NCBI GenBank assembly: GCA_016787225.1
Contig: JAEUUY010000021.1
Coordinates: 100,408-164,407, forward strand
Length of the DNA stretch: 64,000 bases
Origin: Chitinophagales bacterium
Lineage (GTDB): Bacteria > Bacteroidota > Bacteroidia > Chitinophagales > JADJOU01
Direction: 5' to 3'
Shown here: positions 29,597 to 37,708 of the stretch, piece after piece
How positions within the stretch are numbered: position 1 is the first letter of the stretch
Layout of the letters: each line of letters starts with the position of its first letter
Position numbers and translations under genes: made by a program
Notes under the pieces: generated by a model
Database searches by the model: none
Seen by the model: the letters and a program-made list of their open reading frames with translations, nothing else
What the model was told of the DNA's origin: nothing

Positions 29597-30715
29597 TCAA
29601 TACATTTCGTATTTACAAAACTCACAATCCAGATTGGCATTGACTAGGTGGTAGCGGGTCGATGACTTCAATCCTATTTTCTTAAGAGCAGCTTTATTTG
29701 AGGAAATTATCCATACATCAAAGCCTGTATATTGCCTTTTGAGCATATCGCCTATATCTTTATAGAATAATTCCACATCTTTGATCTCCAAACGCTCATC
29801 GTAGGGTGGATTCAAAATGAGTATGCCTTTGGTCTGCGGAGTGATTTCAAAAAAATTGTCTCTCGAAAATTGTAATCGAGATGTGCTACATTTTAAATCA
29901 AAGAGATTCATTTTCGCTATATCAAAGGCTTCATTTGACTTTTCATTGACATAGAAATCTATATCGGGATTCGTTATCTTTTCTTTCAATTCCTTTTGAA
30001 GTTTTTTGAACTCCATCATAGAGAATCCTTCCAAATTGAAAAAAGGCCATTTTTCTCTATGAATATTGACGGGATAGTTGGACGCTATCATAAGAGCCTC
30101 GGCCGTCAATGTCCCTGAACCAGCCATCATATCGTAGAAATCTCTTTCACCTTTCCATCCTGTCATCAATACCAAACCTGCTGCCAGGCACTCATTGATA
30201 GAGGCTTCGGTTTGGCGTTTCTTGTATCCTCGCTTGTAAAGTGGCTCGCCAGTAGTGTCTATCGATACTACACAATTATGTGTTTTAGAAATATATACCT
30301 GAATACGAATATCAGGCCAGCGGACGTCCACATTAGGACGTTTTTTAAACTTGGCAAAGAAATAATCCACGATAGCATCTTTAGCCTTGAGGCTGATAAA
30401 GTGTGAATTTTTAACAGCTTTGGTTACTACCACATTCTCTATAGCAAATGTTTGCTCTATGCCTATATATTGATCCCATGGAAAAGCTTTTAGCGTATTA
30501 TACATTTGTACTTCGCTTTCAAACTCGAAATTGAACAATGGTTGATAAATTCGCAATCCTGTTCTTAAGCAGAGATTAGCATGCATCATGTCTTCAAAGC
30601 TAGCCTCGAAAAGCACACTTCGATTGAGTTTTTCTGTTTCAGTGATACCCAAAGAATGTAACTCGGATTCGAGAACTTCTTCTAAACCTTGAAATGTCTT
30701 GACTATATACTTCAC
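29597..30715 (-). CDS. THUMP-domain class I SAM-dependent RNA methyltransferase (RlmL/YpsC-like)
   Basis: It has an N-terminal THUMP-like region, MAGSGTL (SAM motif I) and LNPPYDERL (motif IV). Confidence 0.8.
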   Translation of the reverse strand: MKYIVKTFQGLEEVLESELHSLGITETEKLNRSVLFEASFEDMMHANLCLRTGLRIYQPLFNFEFESEVQMYNTLKAFPWDQYIGIEQTFAIENVVVTKAVKNSHFISLKAKDAIVDYFFAKFKKRPNVDVRWPDIRIQVYISKTHNCVVSIDTTGEPLYKRGYKKRQTEASINECLAAGLVLMTGWKGERDFYDMMAGSGTLTAEALMIASNYPVNIHREKWPFFNLEGFSMMEFKKLQKELKEKITNPDIDFYVNEKSNEAFDIAKMNLFDLKCSTSRLQFSRDNFFEITPQTKGILILNPPYDERLEIKDVELFYKDIGDMLKRQYTGFDVWIISSNKAALKKIGLKSSTRYHLVNANLDCEFCKYEMY

Positions 30716-30735
30716 GCTCTGTGGAAAATTGAGCG

Positions 30736-30743
30736 CAAATTTA
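30736..30743 (-). promoter_or_regulatory. -7 promoter box TAAATTTG (minus strand)
   Basis: TAnnTTTG lies 21 nt upstream of the start at 30715. Confidence 0.35.
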
Positions 30744-30803
30744 GCTTTTCCAATTTAGAGTATTGGAGAAAAAGAGGCGGTATATCCCTGAAAAGCTTGG
30801 AAA

Positions 30804-31571
30804 CTATCTGTTGTTGCCCAGTCCAGTAATCTTCTGAATAGATTTGGTAGTCATATTATCACCTAATTTGATTCGAAGGTAATAATAAGTAGCTGTTTCA
30901 TCTGATTTGGGAACGAAGGTGTAGTTTTTATTTCCTTCTGTCAAAGTGCTGTTCTCTATGACTTTGATGATTCTTCCTTGAATATCTACCACATCTACAT
31001 ACACGGGTTGAGTTTTATCGTTGTAAAAACTAATCTGAGTAGACTCTATAAATGGATTCGGATAAACAGAAATAGGTGAAGAATTTTCCTTGTCAGTAAT
31101 TTCTTTGACTTCTTTTTCTGTTAAGGCTGGGTTTTCCTTCGAAAGGCTAGTCACTCCTCCACTGCATTCAAAGCCATAAAGTTCCATAAATGAAGCGGTA
31201 GCACCTTTAATCTCAATTTTGCCATCTTGCTCTTCGATAGTCAATACTCCTTTCTTTAAACACCACAAGAAATTCTCATCTCTTGTTGCCTTCAAAACTT
31301 CATATTCTTCAAAATAAAATTGATTGCCCTCAACAAATCCTCTAACAGCTATTTCTGCATATTTGCCACCTTGAGATTGTATAAAAGCGGTTCCAGTTAC
31401 CTGACTGCCTTCCTGTTTCAAATTATACTTGTATGTAAATTCTGCTATATAACCGGTCTTGGTATCATTGTATTGATAGCGGGTGCCGTTCCATTCACCA
31501 GATATATCAATAGCAAAAAGGTTGAAAGCAAAAAAACTTAATGCAACTGTGGTAAGTATAGATAACTTCAT
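30804..31571 (-). CDS. T9SS C-terminal-target secreted protein of unknown function
   Basis: It has a signal peptide and a C-terminal sorting domain (ISVYPNPFIESTQISF...YYYLRIKLG). Confidence 0.6.
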   Translation of the reverse strand: MKLSILTTVALSFFAFNLFAIDISGEWNGTRYQYNDTKTGYIAEFTYKYNLKQEGSQVTGTAFIQSQGGKYAEIAVRGFVEGNQFYFEEYEVLKATRDENFLWCLKKGVLTIEEQDGKIEIKGATASFMELYGFECSGGVTSLSKENPALTEKEVKEITDKENSSPISVYPNPFIESTQISFYNDKTQPVYVDVVDIQGRIIKVIENSTLTEGNKNYTFVPKSDETATYYYLRIKLGDNMTTKSIQKITGLGNNR

Positions 31572-31640
31572 AATGTTAATTGTTTAATTTATCTCCACAA
31601 AGGTAAACTCATTTTTTGACAAATGCAAGATGATTATATG

Positions 31641-32201
31641 TTAAAAATTAACTTGGGAATCTAAATTATTTAAAAAATCATTTGCTGCAGAAGTTGATGT
31701 CAATCGAATCAACTGCCAATTTTTCGTATTCTTTTCAAACACTTTAGTATATCTTTTCTTCATATTGGGGTAGCTGGTCCACATCCAATATATAATTGAT
31801 TCTTTGGATAAAAATGATTTTTTAAACGACTCTCGATTATTAGTTCCCCATAGTGGTTTTCCATCAAATAATCTAGCGATACTCCTTTTAAGAACGCGAT
31901 AAAAAACTAAATGAAATGGATAATCTAGCCAGATGATGGTTTGTACATTTTTCCATTTTATTGGTTGGGTGCGATTATAGTTGCCATCAAGCAGCCATCG
32001 ATCACCTTTGGTGGCTAGTCGAACATTTTCCATAAGTTCTTCATCACTCGCAAACCTCCAATCATCCTTCCAAAAAAGAGAGTCCATTTCGATATAAGGT
32101 AAATTCAACTTACTAGCTAAGGTCTTGCTAAATGTTGATTTGCCGCTACCTGAAGTGCCGATGACATTGATGCGCTGGAGTTTCTGAATTTCATACTTCA
32201 T
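31641..32201 (-). CDS. P-loop NTPase / adenylate-kinase-like (topology-modulation FlaR-like) protein
   Basis: The Walker A is INVIGTSGSGKSTFSK, followed by LPYIEMDSLFW. The start was moved to the ATG at 32201 (MKYEIQ...), which overlaps the upstream TGA stop as ATGA. The ORF track has 32237. Confidence 0.6.
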   Translation of the reverse strand: MKYEIQKLQRINVIGTSGSGKSTFSKTLASKLNLPYIEMDSLFWKDDWRFASDEELMENVRLATKGDRWLLDGNYNRTQPIKWKNVQTIIWLDYPFHLVFYRVLKRSIARLFDGKPLWGTNNRESFKKSFLSKESIIYWMWTSYPNMKKRYTKVFEKNTKNWQLIRLTSTSAANDFLNNLDSQVNF

Positions 32202-32605
32202 ACTCTCCGATACGCTTTTAAATTCGAAGTATGACAATCTTCCATTCCCATACTTTCATAAAAGTTTTTCTGTTCTGGTTCACTATCCGTTAACTGAATA
32301 ATTTGTCTTACATCTTGATTCTTATCAAAAATGTGTTTCATAAGTTGACGACCTACCCCTTGGCGTTTATAATCTTTAAGAACGAGTATATCTTGAATAT
32401 AAATAATTGTTTCTTGATCACCGATAGTTCGAATTAAACCTACCAATTTTTCATCATCCCATGCAGATAAGACATCCAACGAATTAGCTATACCGCGCAT
32501 GAGCTTGGGCATATACTTGGTATAGTTCGTCCATCCAGCATCTGAGTACAAAGCTAAAACATTTGCAGGGTGTAGGTCTTTGTTTGTGTTATATTGAAAT
32601 GGCAT
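32198..32605 (-). CDS. GNAT-family N-acetyltransferase
   Basis: 135 aa with the acetyl-CoA binding motif VLKDYKRQGVGRQLM. Confidence 0.8.
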   Translation of the reverse strand: MPFQYNTNKDLHPANVLALYSDAGWTNYTKYMPKLMRGIANSLDVLSAWDDEKLVGLIRTIGDQETIIYIQDILVLKDYKRQGVGRQLMKHIFDKNQDVRQIIQLTDSEPEQKNFYESMGMEDCHTSNLKAYRRV

Positions 32606-32608
32606 TTA

Positions 32609-33068
32609 TTACTTTTTGAGTTTTTTTATTTCTCTATCAAAATCGCTTTCGTAATTTCTATCCTGTATAACTCTATAGTTTTCATACTCACTCTCTGCTT
32701 TGAGTTTTGCTTTCAACATAGATACTTTACCCTTGTTGGTCAATATTGGATAGTTCGATAATTCTAAAAAGCTATCTAAGAATTTAACCCAGTTTTCCAT
32801 TGTATAAGCTATACCTCGCTTTGCAATTAATTTTTCTATTTACTTTTCGACTACCTTCCATCTAAACTATTTCCATTTTGGAAATAGTTGCGTCCTGATT
32901 TAATTCTTTCGTTTCATAAATATGAGTTAAATGTTTATTGATGGCAGGTATTTCTACACCAAAAAGTGTGCTCATAGCCCTTTGACTTAACCAAAAACTA
33001 CCCTCTGAGTATGTCACTTCTACTTTGACATTTCCATCAACTGAGGTATATAAGATGAGTTCTTTCAT
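32609..33068 (-). pseudogene. RhuM-family (virulence protein RhuM-like) gene remnant with a large internal deletion
   Basis: The 68-aa ORF 33068..32862 (ILYTSVDGNVKVEVTYSEGSFWLSQRAMSTLFGVEIPAINKHLTHIYETKEL) matches a RhuM N-terminus. The 63-aa ORF 32800..32609 (...NKGKVSMLKAKLKAESEYENYR...ESDFDREIKKL) matches a RhuM C-terminus. Only 61 nt lie between them, where intact proteins have about 200 aa. Confidence 0.65.
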
Positions 33069-33148
33069 TTCCTATTATTTAGGTTTTTGTTTAGCTAATT
33101 ATCAATCTCAAAACTTTCAACTTTCAACTTGTCACTTTAAACTTTCAA

Positions 33149-35740
33149 CTATATTCTACTCTTCCACTCATTCAATTTCATCAACGCTTCCATCGGAGTA
33201 AGGGCATTGATGTCCATTTTTTCTAGCTCATCGCGCAGCACAATCAATCGCGGGTCAGTTTGATCAAATATACTCAACTGATAAGTAGATTTATCAGCAA
33301 TTTGTTTCATTTTCTTCTTTATGCTTTCTTCGGCAAGTGATTTTTGTTCGAGTTCATGCATGATATTCTCTGCACGCTTGACTATATCATGTGGCATCCC
33401 TGCTAGCTTGGCTACATGTATCCCGAAGCTGTGTTCGCTTCCGCCTTCGACTAATTTTCGAAGGAAAATAATATGCCCATCGACTTCTTTCGTCTTGATG
33501 TGAAAATTTTTGATTCGCTCATGTTTTGTTGCTAATTCATTCAATTCATGGTAGTGAGTTGCAAAAAGTGTCTTGGGTTTTTCTTTTGAAAAGTAAAGGT
33601 ATTCCGCTAGACTCCATGCAATAGATATGCCATCGTAAGTACTTGTCCCACGACCAATTTCATCTAACAGTATCAAACTTCTTTCTGAAAAATTATTGAC
33701 AATGCTTGCTGTCTCATTCATCTCTACCATAAAGGTAGATTCACCCATACTCAGGTTATCATTGGCACCTACGCGTGTAAATAACTTATCGATGTATCCT
33801 ATATGCGCAGATTTTGCTGGAACGAAAGAGCCCATTTGTGCCATCAAAACGATAAGGGCAGTTTGACGCAGTAGAGCCGATTTTCCACTCATGTTAGGCC
33901 CGGTGAGCATGATGAGTTGTTGTTCTGAATTGTTGAGGTAAATATCATTGGGAACATAGGCCTCTCCAACAGGAAGTTGCTTTTCAATAACTGGATGGCG
34001 CCCACCTTTGATATCTATAATCAATGAATCGTTAACCGACGGTTTGGTATAATCATTTTGTATAGCTATGATAGCAAATGAAAGCAAGCAGTCTATCTCC
34101 GCTATGGTGTGCGCATTGCGTTGAATGGGTTCTATGTATTCTAGCGCTTCTTGCATCAATTCTGTCCACAAGACTTCTTGAATTTGATTCAATTTTTCTT
34201 CAGCTCCTAGAATTTTAGATTCATATTCTTTCAGTTCAGGTGTGATATATCGCTCCGCATTAGTTAGAGTTTGTTTACGAATCCAGTTTTCGGGTACTTT
34301 ATCTTTATGCGTATTGGTCACTTCGAGATAGTAGCCAAATACGTTGTTAAAACCAATTTTTAAACTTGAAATTTGAGTGGCTTGTTGCTCTCTGGTTTGA
34401 ATGTCGATGAGATATTGTTTACCATCCGTGACGAGAGACAAATATTCATCGAGTTCGCTGTGAAAGCCACGTTTGAATGCGATGCCTTTGGTCAATAGTG
34501 CGGGTGGCTCATCCAAAAGTTTTCGCTCAATGATGTCCACTAAACTATGACATGGTTGAAGAAAGTCGATATATTTTTTATAATCTGTAGAATCTGTTGT
34601 TTGGATCAGCGCAATCAATTCTTTGATTTTTAAAAGCGAGCGCTTAATCTGTACCATATCTCTCGGCTGGGCTTTGAGCATAGATACTTTAGAAATCAAA
34701 CGTTCGAGATCTCCTATCTGATAGATGATATTTTTTAAATCGTCTTTAAAGACATCTTTTTTCGTTAGGTATTCAACGAGTGAAAGTCTTCGTTCAATTT
34801 TTTCAATTGATACTAATGGGTGTAAAATCCATCGCTGTAGCATCCTCGAACCCATGCTGCTCTGCGTTTGATTGAGAATATCGAAAAGCGAAACAGCTTG
34901 TGCATGCTGACCTTGTACCAATTCTAAATTTCGTATAGAAAAATTATCTAACCATACCACCTCCGCGGGTTTTAGAATGGTTATTTTTTGAATATGGTCA
35001 AGTTTGTGTTGCTCATTGCTATGCAAATAATGTAGTATGGTGGAAGCTGCAATAGTTCCTTCATCATAGTCTTCAATACCAAATCCTTTAAGTGAATTTG
35101 TTTGAAACTTTTTTAATAAGGTCTCTTTCGAGAAGTCTTCACCATAGACCCAGTCTTCCATAGCATAGGTATAGAAATGTTGACTAATCCGTTTGAGATA
35201 TAGAGATTTGTTCTGTTTTGGGATGAGAACCTCAGATGGTCGATAGGAATGCAATAGTTTATCAATATAGGATTCGTCTCCATTTGTGATATAAAACTCA
35301 CCAGTGCTAATATCAATAAAGGCGATGCCTATTTTTTTCGCACCAAGAAAAATAGAAGCGAGGTAATTATTTTTTTTAGAATCTAAAATATTATCTTGAC
35401 TAGCGATTCCAGGGGTAATAATCTCCGTTACCCCCCTTTTGACAATTGTTTTAGTCATTTTAGGGTCTTCCAATTGTTCGCATATAGCTACGCGATAGCC
35501 TGCTTTGACCAATTTAGGCAGATAATTGTCTAAGGCATGAAATGGGATTCCAGCAAGTGGTATTTCTCCCGCAGCACCATTTCCGCGTTTGGTGAGCGTA
35601 ATACCGAGGCAGGAAGAGGCTTTGACGGCATCTTCTCCGAAGGTTTCGTAAAAGTCTCCTACACGAAAAAGTAAAATCGCATCAGGGTACTTTGCCTTGA
35701 TTTGATTAAATTGCTTCATTAATGGAGTTTCCTGAGCCAC
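33149..35740 (-). CDS. mutS: DNA mismatch repair protein MutS
   Basis: TPLMKQFNQIKAKYPDAILLFRVGDFYETF, the Walker A GPNMSGKS, DEIGRGTSTYDG and the 863-aa length all fit MutS. Confidence 0.97.
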   Translation of the reverse strand: MAQETPLMKQFNQIKAKYPDAILLFRVGDFYETFGEDAVKASSCLGITLTKRGNGAAGEIPLAGIPFHALDNYLPKLVKAGYRVAICEQLEDPKMTKTIVKRGVTEIITPGIASQDNILDSKKNNYLASIFLGAKKIGIAFIDISTGEFYITNGDESYIDKLLHSYRPSEVLIPKQNKSLYLKRISQHFYTYAMEDWVYGEDFSKETLLKKFQTNSLKGFGIEDYDEGTIAASTILHYLHSNEQHKLDHIQKITILKPAEVVWLDNFSIRNLELVQGQHAQAVSLFDILNQTQSSMGSRMLQRWILHPLVSIEKIERRLSLVEYLTKKDVFKDDLKNIIYQIGDLERLISKVSMLKAQPRDMVQIKRSLLKIKELIALIQTTDSTDYKKYIDFLQPCHSLVDIIERKLLDEPPALLTKGIAFKRGFHSELDEYLSLVTDGKQYLIDIQTREQQATQISSLKIGFNNVFGYYLEVTNTHKDKVPENWIRKQTLTNAERYITPELKEYESKILGAEEKLNQIQEVLWTELMQEALEYIEPIQRNAHTIAEIDCLLSFAIIAIQNDYTKPSVNDSLIIDIKGGRHPVIEKQLPVGEAYVPNDIYLNNSEQQLIMLTGPNMSGKSALLRQTALIVLMAQMGSFVPAKSAHIGYIDKLFTRVGANDNLSMGESTFMVEMNETASIVNNFSERSLILLDEIGRGTSTYDGISIAWSLAEYLYFSKEKPKTLFATHYHELNELATKHERIKNFHIKTKEVDGHIIFLRKLVEGGSEHSFGIHVAKLAGMPHDIVKRAENIMHELEQKSLAEESIKKKMKQIADKSTYQLSIFDQTDPRLIVLRDELEKMDINALTPMEALMKLNEWKSRI

Positions 35741-35901
35741 AGTTTCTAATTAACATGCTAAGATAAGTTTCTTTTATTGACTGTGCCTATCTTGGTTTAA
35801 ACAAAGCCTCTCATTTGTGGAAAAATCAAATTCCACGAATCCTTAACATTGGAATGAATATTTTTCATATAATATTGCTTTGAATTTAAAATGGAAAGTA
35901 T

Positions 35902-36873
35902 ATGATATATGGCCGTCAGCGATTTGAAATGCAGTTAGAAGAAATTGAAGTCTTGTTATCGGAATCCAAGGGACAAGAAAATAGAGTCTTTTGGTTATAT
36001 CACAATAATTTTAGAACCTATTTTTTTATGTTGCAAGGTTTAGCGAGATTATATGCAAAAGCTCATAATAAAAAGTTATTTACCAAAATAAGGGATAAGG
36101 CCAAGGAGGTAGAAGATGCGTTTGGGTGGTTAGATTTTTATAATCATTATACGTATAGCTTTGTGCGAAGTAAATCCATTTCTGTAGAAGTTAAATCTTT
36201 TTTTAAGGAGAAATTGGAGCAAAGAACAGAAGCATGTCATAAAATTCTTAAGAAAGAAGGCTGGTATAATGGCGATAGGATAAAAAAAATCAGAAAACAA
36301 CTGAAAGAGGCAGATTGGAAAGATGAAAATGTGGAAGCCGAATTATTCACTGAGATATATAAAATAGAGGCAAAAGAAATCCTACAATTTTTGCGCGACC
36401 ACGAATTTCAATTTGTTGATATGGAGCATGATGTCCATGAATTGAGAAGAAAACTAAGATGGCTGAGTATATATCCTCAAGCCTTGCAAGGAGCAGTAAA
36501 GCTGGTAGCTAATGCGAAGGATAAATTGACTTTAGACAAATATCACACAGATGAAATAATTAACTCTCATTTTAATCAGTTCAAGCCATCGAGAAACCTA
36601 GCAACTCACCTCAAATTAGCCAAACCTCAATTCTTAGCCTTGAGTTGGATTATTGCTGAATTAGGAGACCTCAAAGATAAAGGACAACGTATCGAAGTTT
36701 TGACCTATGCCTTAATGAAAGTTGAAGGCCTAACGAAGGAGAAAGCCATAGAAAAAACCTACACACTTTTAGCTAAGAACTATCCTAAAGAGGAAGTTTT
36801 GCTTAAAAAAGCCTCCGAAATATCTCAAGAATTAGCTAGCTTAGCTGTGCTAGAAAATTTAGTCATTGATTGA
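35902..36873 (+). CDS. hypothetical all-helical protein (weak CHAD-like motif)
   Basis: 323 aa with no signal peptide or TM segment. VHELRRKLRWLSIY recalls the CHAD-domain H-x-x-R-x-x-x-K/R-x-L-R pattern. No confident family assignment is possible. Confidence 0.5.
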   Translation: MIYGRQRFEMQLEEIEVLLSESKGQENRVFWLYHNNFRTYFFMLQGLARLYAKAHNKKLFTKIRDKAKEVEDAFGWLDFYNHYTYSFVRSKSISVEVKSFFKEKLEQRTEACHKILKKEGWYNGDRIKKIRKQLKEADWKDENVEAELFTEIYKIEAKEILQFLRDHEFQFVDMEHDVHELRRKLRWLSIYPQALQGAVKLVANAKDKLTLDKYHTDEIINSHFNQFKPSRNLATHLKLAKPQFLALSWIIAELGDLKDKGQRIEVLTYALMKVEGLTKEKAIEKTYTLLAKNYPKEEVLLKKASEISQELASLAVLENLVID

Positions 36874-37100
36874 TTTTTAATAAAGAAATTTTAGTAGAAT
36901 CGCTAGTTTATCCTATGCCCTTTGGTAAGTATAAAAATGTGAAGGTATGCGATTTGCCAGTTTTCTACCTCGAATGGTTTCTAAATAAAGATGGTTTCCC
37001 CAAGGGAAAGCTTGGAGATATGATGGCGCTGATTTATCAAATCAAACTGAATGGGCTGGAGGAAATGATTGAGCAATTGAAAAAAGAATCTAAAAGCTAA
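36870..37100 (+). CDS. DUF3820-family protein
   Basis: MPFGKYKNVKVCDLPVFYLEWFLNKDGFPKGKLGDMMALIYQIKLNGL matches the DUF3820 signature (PFGKYKG..L.DLP..YL.WF...GFP.G.LG). The TTG start overlaps the upstream TGA. An internal ATG at 36915 is an alternative start. Confidence 0.65.
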   Translation: MIFNKEILVESLVYPMPFGKYKNVKVCDLPVFYLEWFLNKDGFPKGKLGDMMALIYQIKLNGLEEMIEQLKKESKS

Positions 37101-37145
37101 AATGCCGACCTTGAAAAGTCGGCATTCTGGGTGGGCGCTGAGGGA
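37099..37145. repeat. 47-bp direct repeat (hairpin plus tRNA-Val 3' end), left copy
   Basis: AAAATGCCGACCTTGAAAAGTCGGCATTCTGGGTGGGCGCTGAGGGA matches 37474..37520 at 45/47 positions. Confidence 0.8.
37101..37126 (-). terminator. hairpin AATGCCGAC/GTCGGCATT (T-run on the minus strand)
   Basis: It has a 9-bp stem. On the minus strand it is followed by TTTTAGCTTTT. It abuts the DUF3820 stop on the plus strand, so it may work in both directions. Confidence 0.5.
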
Positions 37146-37220
37146 TGCTGACGAAGCTTTGCTTGTCAGCATGCTGCACTCCCGATAATTATCGGGACGT
37201 CAGCATTCGAACTCAAGACC
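37132..37220 (-). pseudogene. tRNA-Val-like 3' remnant (T-arm plus acceptor 3' strand) interrupted by a 60-bp insert
   Basis: With 37145-37204 removed, the plus strand reads TGGGCGCTGAGGG|ATTCGAAC..GACC. This aligns with the intact tRNA at 37507-37535. Confidence 0.55.
37145..37204. repeat. 60-bp palindromic mini-element, copy 1 (inserted in the T-loop of the tRNA remnant)
   Basis: ATGCTGACG...CGTCAGC(AT) forms 7-9-bp terminal inverted repeats. Inside are a hairpin ATGCTGAC/GTCAGCAT and an 18-nt perfect palindrome TCCCGATAATTATCGGGA. It matches 37625..37684 at 56/60 positions. Confidence 0.75.
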
Positions 37221-37467
37221 TATCACAATATTTCGCAATAAAAATTTGGAGTCGTTCTCTAGATAAATTCTTTAATTTTTTCTCTAAAACAACTGCTTCT
37301 GCTCTTGTTGGTTTAGTAATAAATCCAACAAGAATCCAAGGAATATATTTGGATGTATAGTTTTCTAAGCCATTATTGTGCCTTTCAATTCTTGCTTTGA
37401 CATCATTGGTCTGACCAATATAATATTTGTCGTGCTTTTCTGAATAAAGAATATAAACGTAATACAT
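37213..37467 (-). CDS. small GIY-YIG nuclease-family protein (UPF0213/COG2827 type)
   Basis: 84 aa. MYYVYILYSEKHDKYYIGQTNDVKARIERHN contains the GIY...YIG motifs and the conserved R and N. Confidence 0.85.
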   Translation of the reverse strand: MYYVYILYSEKHDKYYIGQTNDVKARIERHNNGLENYTSKYIPWILVGFITKPTRAEAVVLEKKLKNLSRERLQIFIAKYCDRS

Positions 37468-37473
37468 AAATAA

Positions 37474-37520
37474 AAAATGCCGACCTTAAAAAGTCGGCAT
37501 TCTCGGTGGGCGCTGAGGGA
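37474..37520. repeat. 47-bp direct repeat (hairpin plus tRNA-Val 3' end), right copy
   Basis: It is the partner of 37099..37145. Confidence 0.8.
37476..37501 (-). terminator. intrinsic terminator after tRNA-Val
   Basis: On the minus strand AATGCCGAC-ttttttaag-GTCGGCATT is followed by TTTTATTT. Confidence 0.65.
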
Positions 37521-37581
37521 TTCGAACCCCCGACCCCCTCGGTGTAAACGAGATGCTCTGAACCAGCTGAGCTAAGCACCC
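37507..37581 (-). tRNA. tRNA-Val (anticodon TAC)
   Basis: A hand-folded cloverleaf works. The acceptor is GGGTGCT/AGCGCCC, the D-arm GCTC-AGCTGGTTCA-GAGC, and the anticodon arm TCTCG-TTTACAC-CGAGG. The variable loop is GGGTC and the T-arm GGGGG-TTCGAAT-CCCTC. The discriminator is A and no CCA is encoded. Confidence 0.9.
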
Positions 37582-37601
37582 TTTTTTTGTGCATCAAAGT
37601 T

Positions 37602-37708
37602 CTTCGTGTAAACGAGTTGCTCTGATGCTGACGAAACTTTGCTTTTCAGCATGCCGCACTCCCGATAATTATCGGGACGTCGGCAACCAGCTTTGAAGCT
37701 AAGCACCC
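37602..37708 (-). pseudogene. tRNA-Val-like 5' half (acceptor 5' strand, D-arm, anticodon arm) interrupted by a 60-bp insert
   Basis: The minus strand reads GGGTGCTTAGCT(tcaa)AGCTGGTT|insert|CAGAGCAACTCGTTTACACGAAG. This aligns with the first ~43 nt of the intact tRNA, including the TAC anticodon loop. No T-arm follows. Confidence 0.6.
37625..37684. repeat. 60-bp palindromic mini-element, copy 2 (inserted in the D-loop of the tRNA remnant)
   Basis: It matches copy 1 at 56/60 positions in the same orientation, 480 bp away. Confidence 0.75.

Noticed and set aside
36981-37597. ORFs 36981-37172(-), 37145-37360(+) and 37403-37597(-) in the tRNA/GIY-YIG region.
   Set aside because: They run through hairpins, the 60-bp palindromic element and the tRNA-Val gene itself, or lie antisense to the GIY-YIG ORF. 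The structured-DNA features explain the sequence better.
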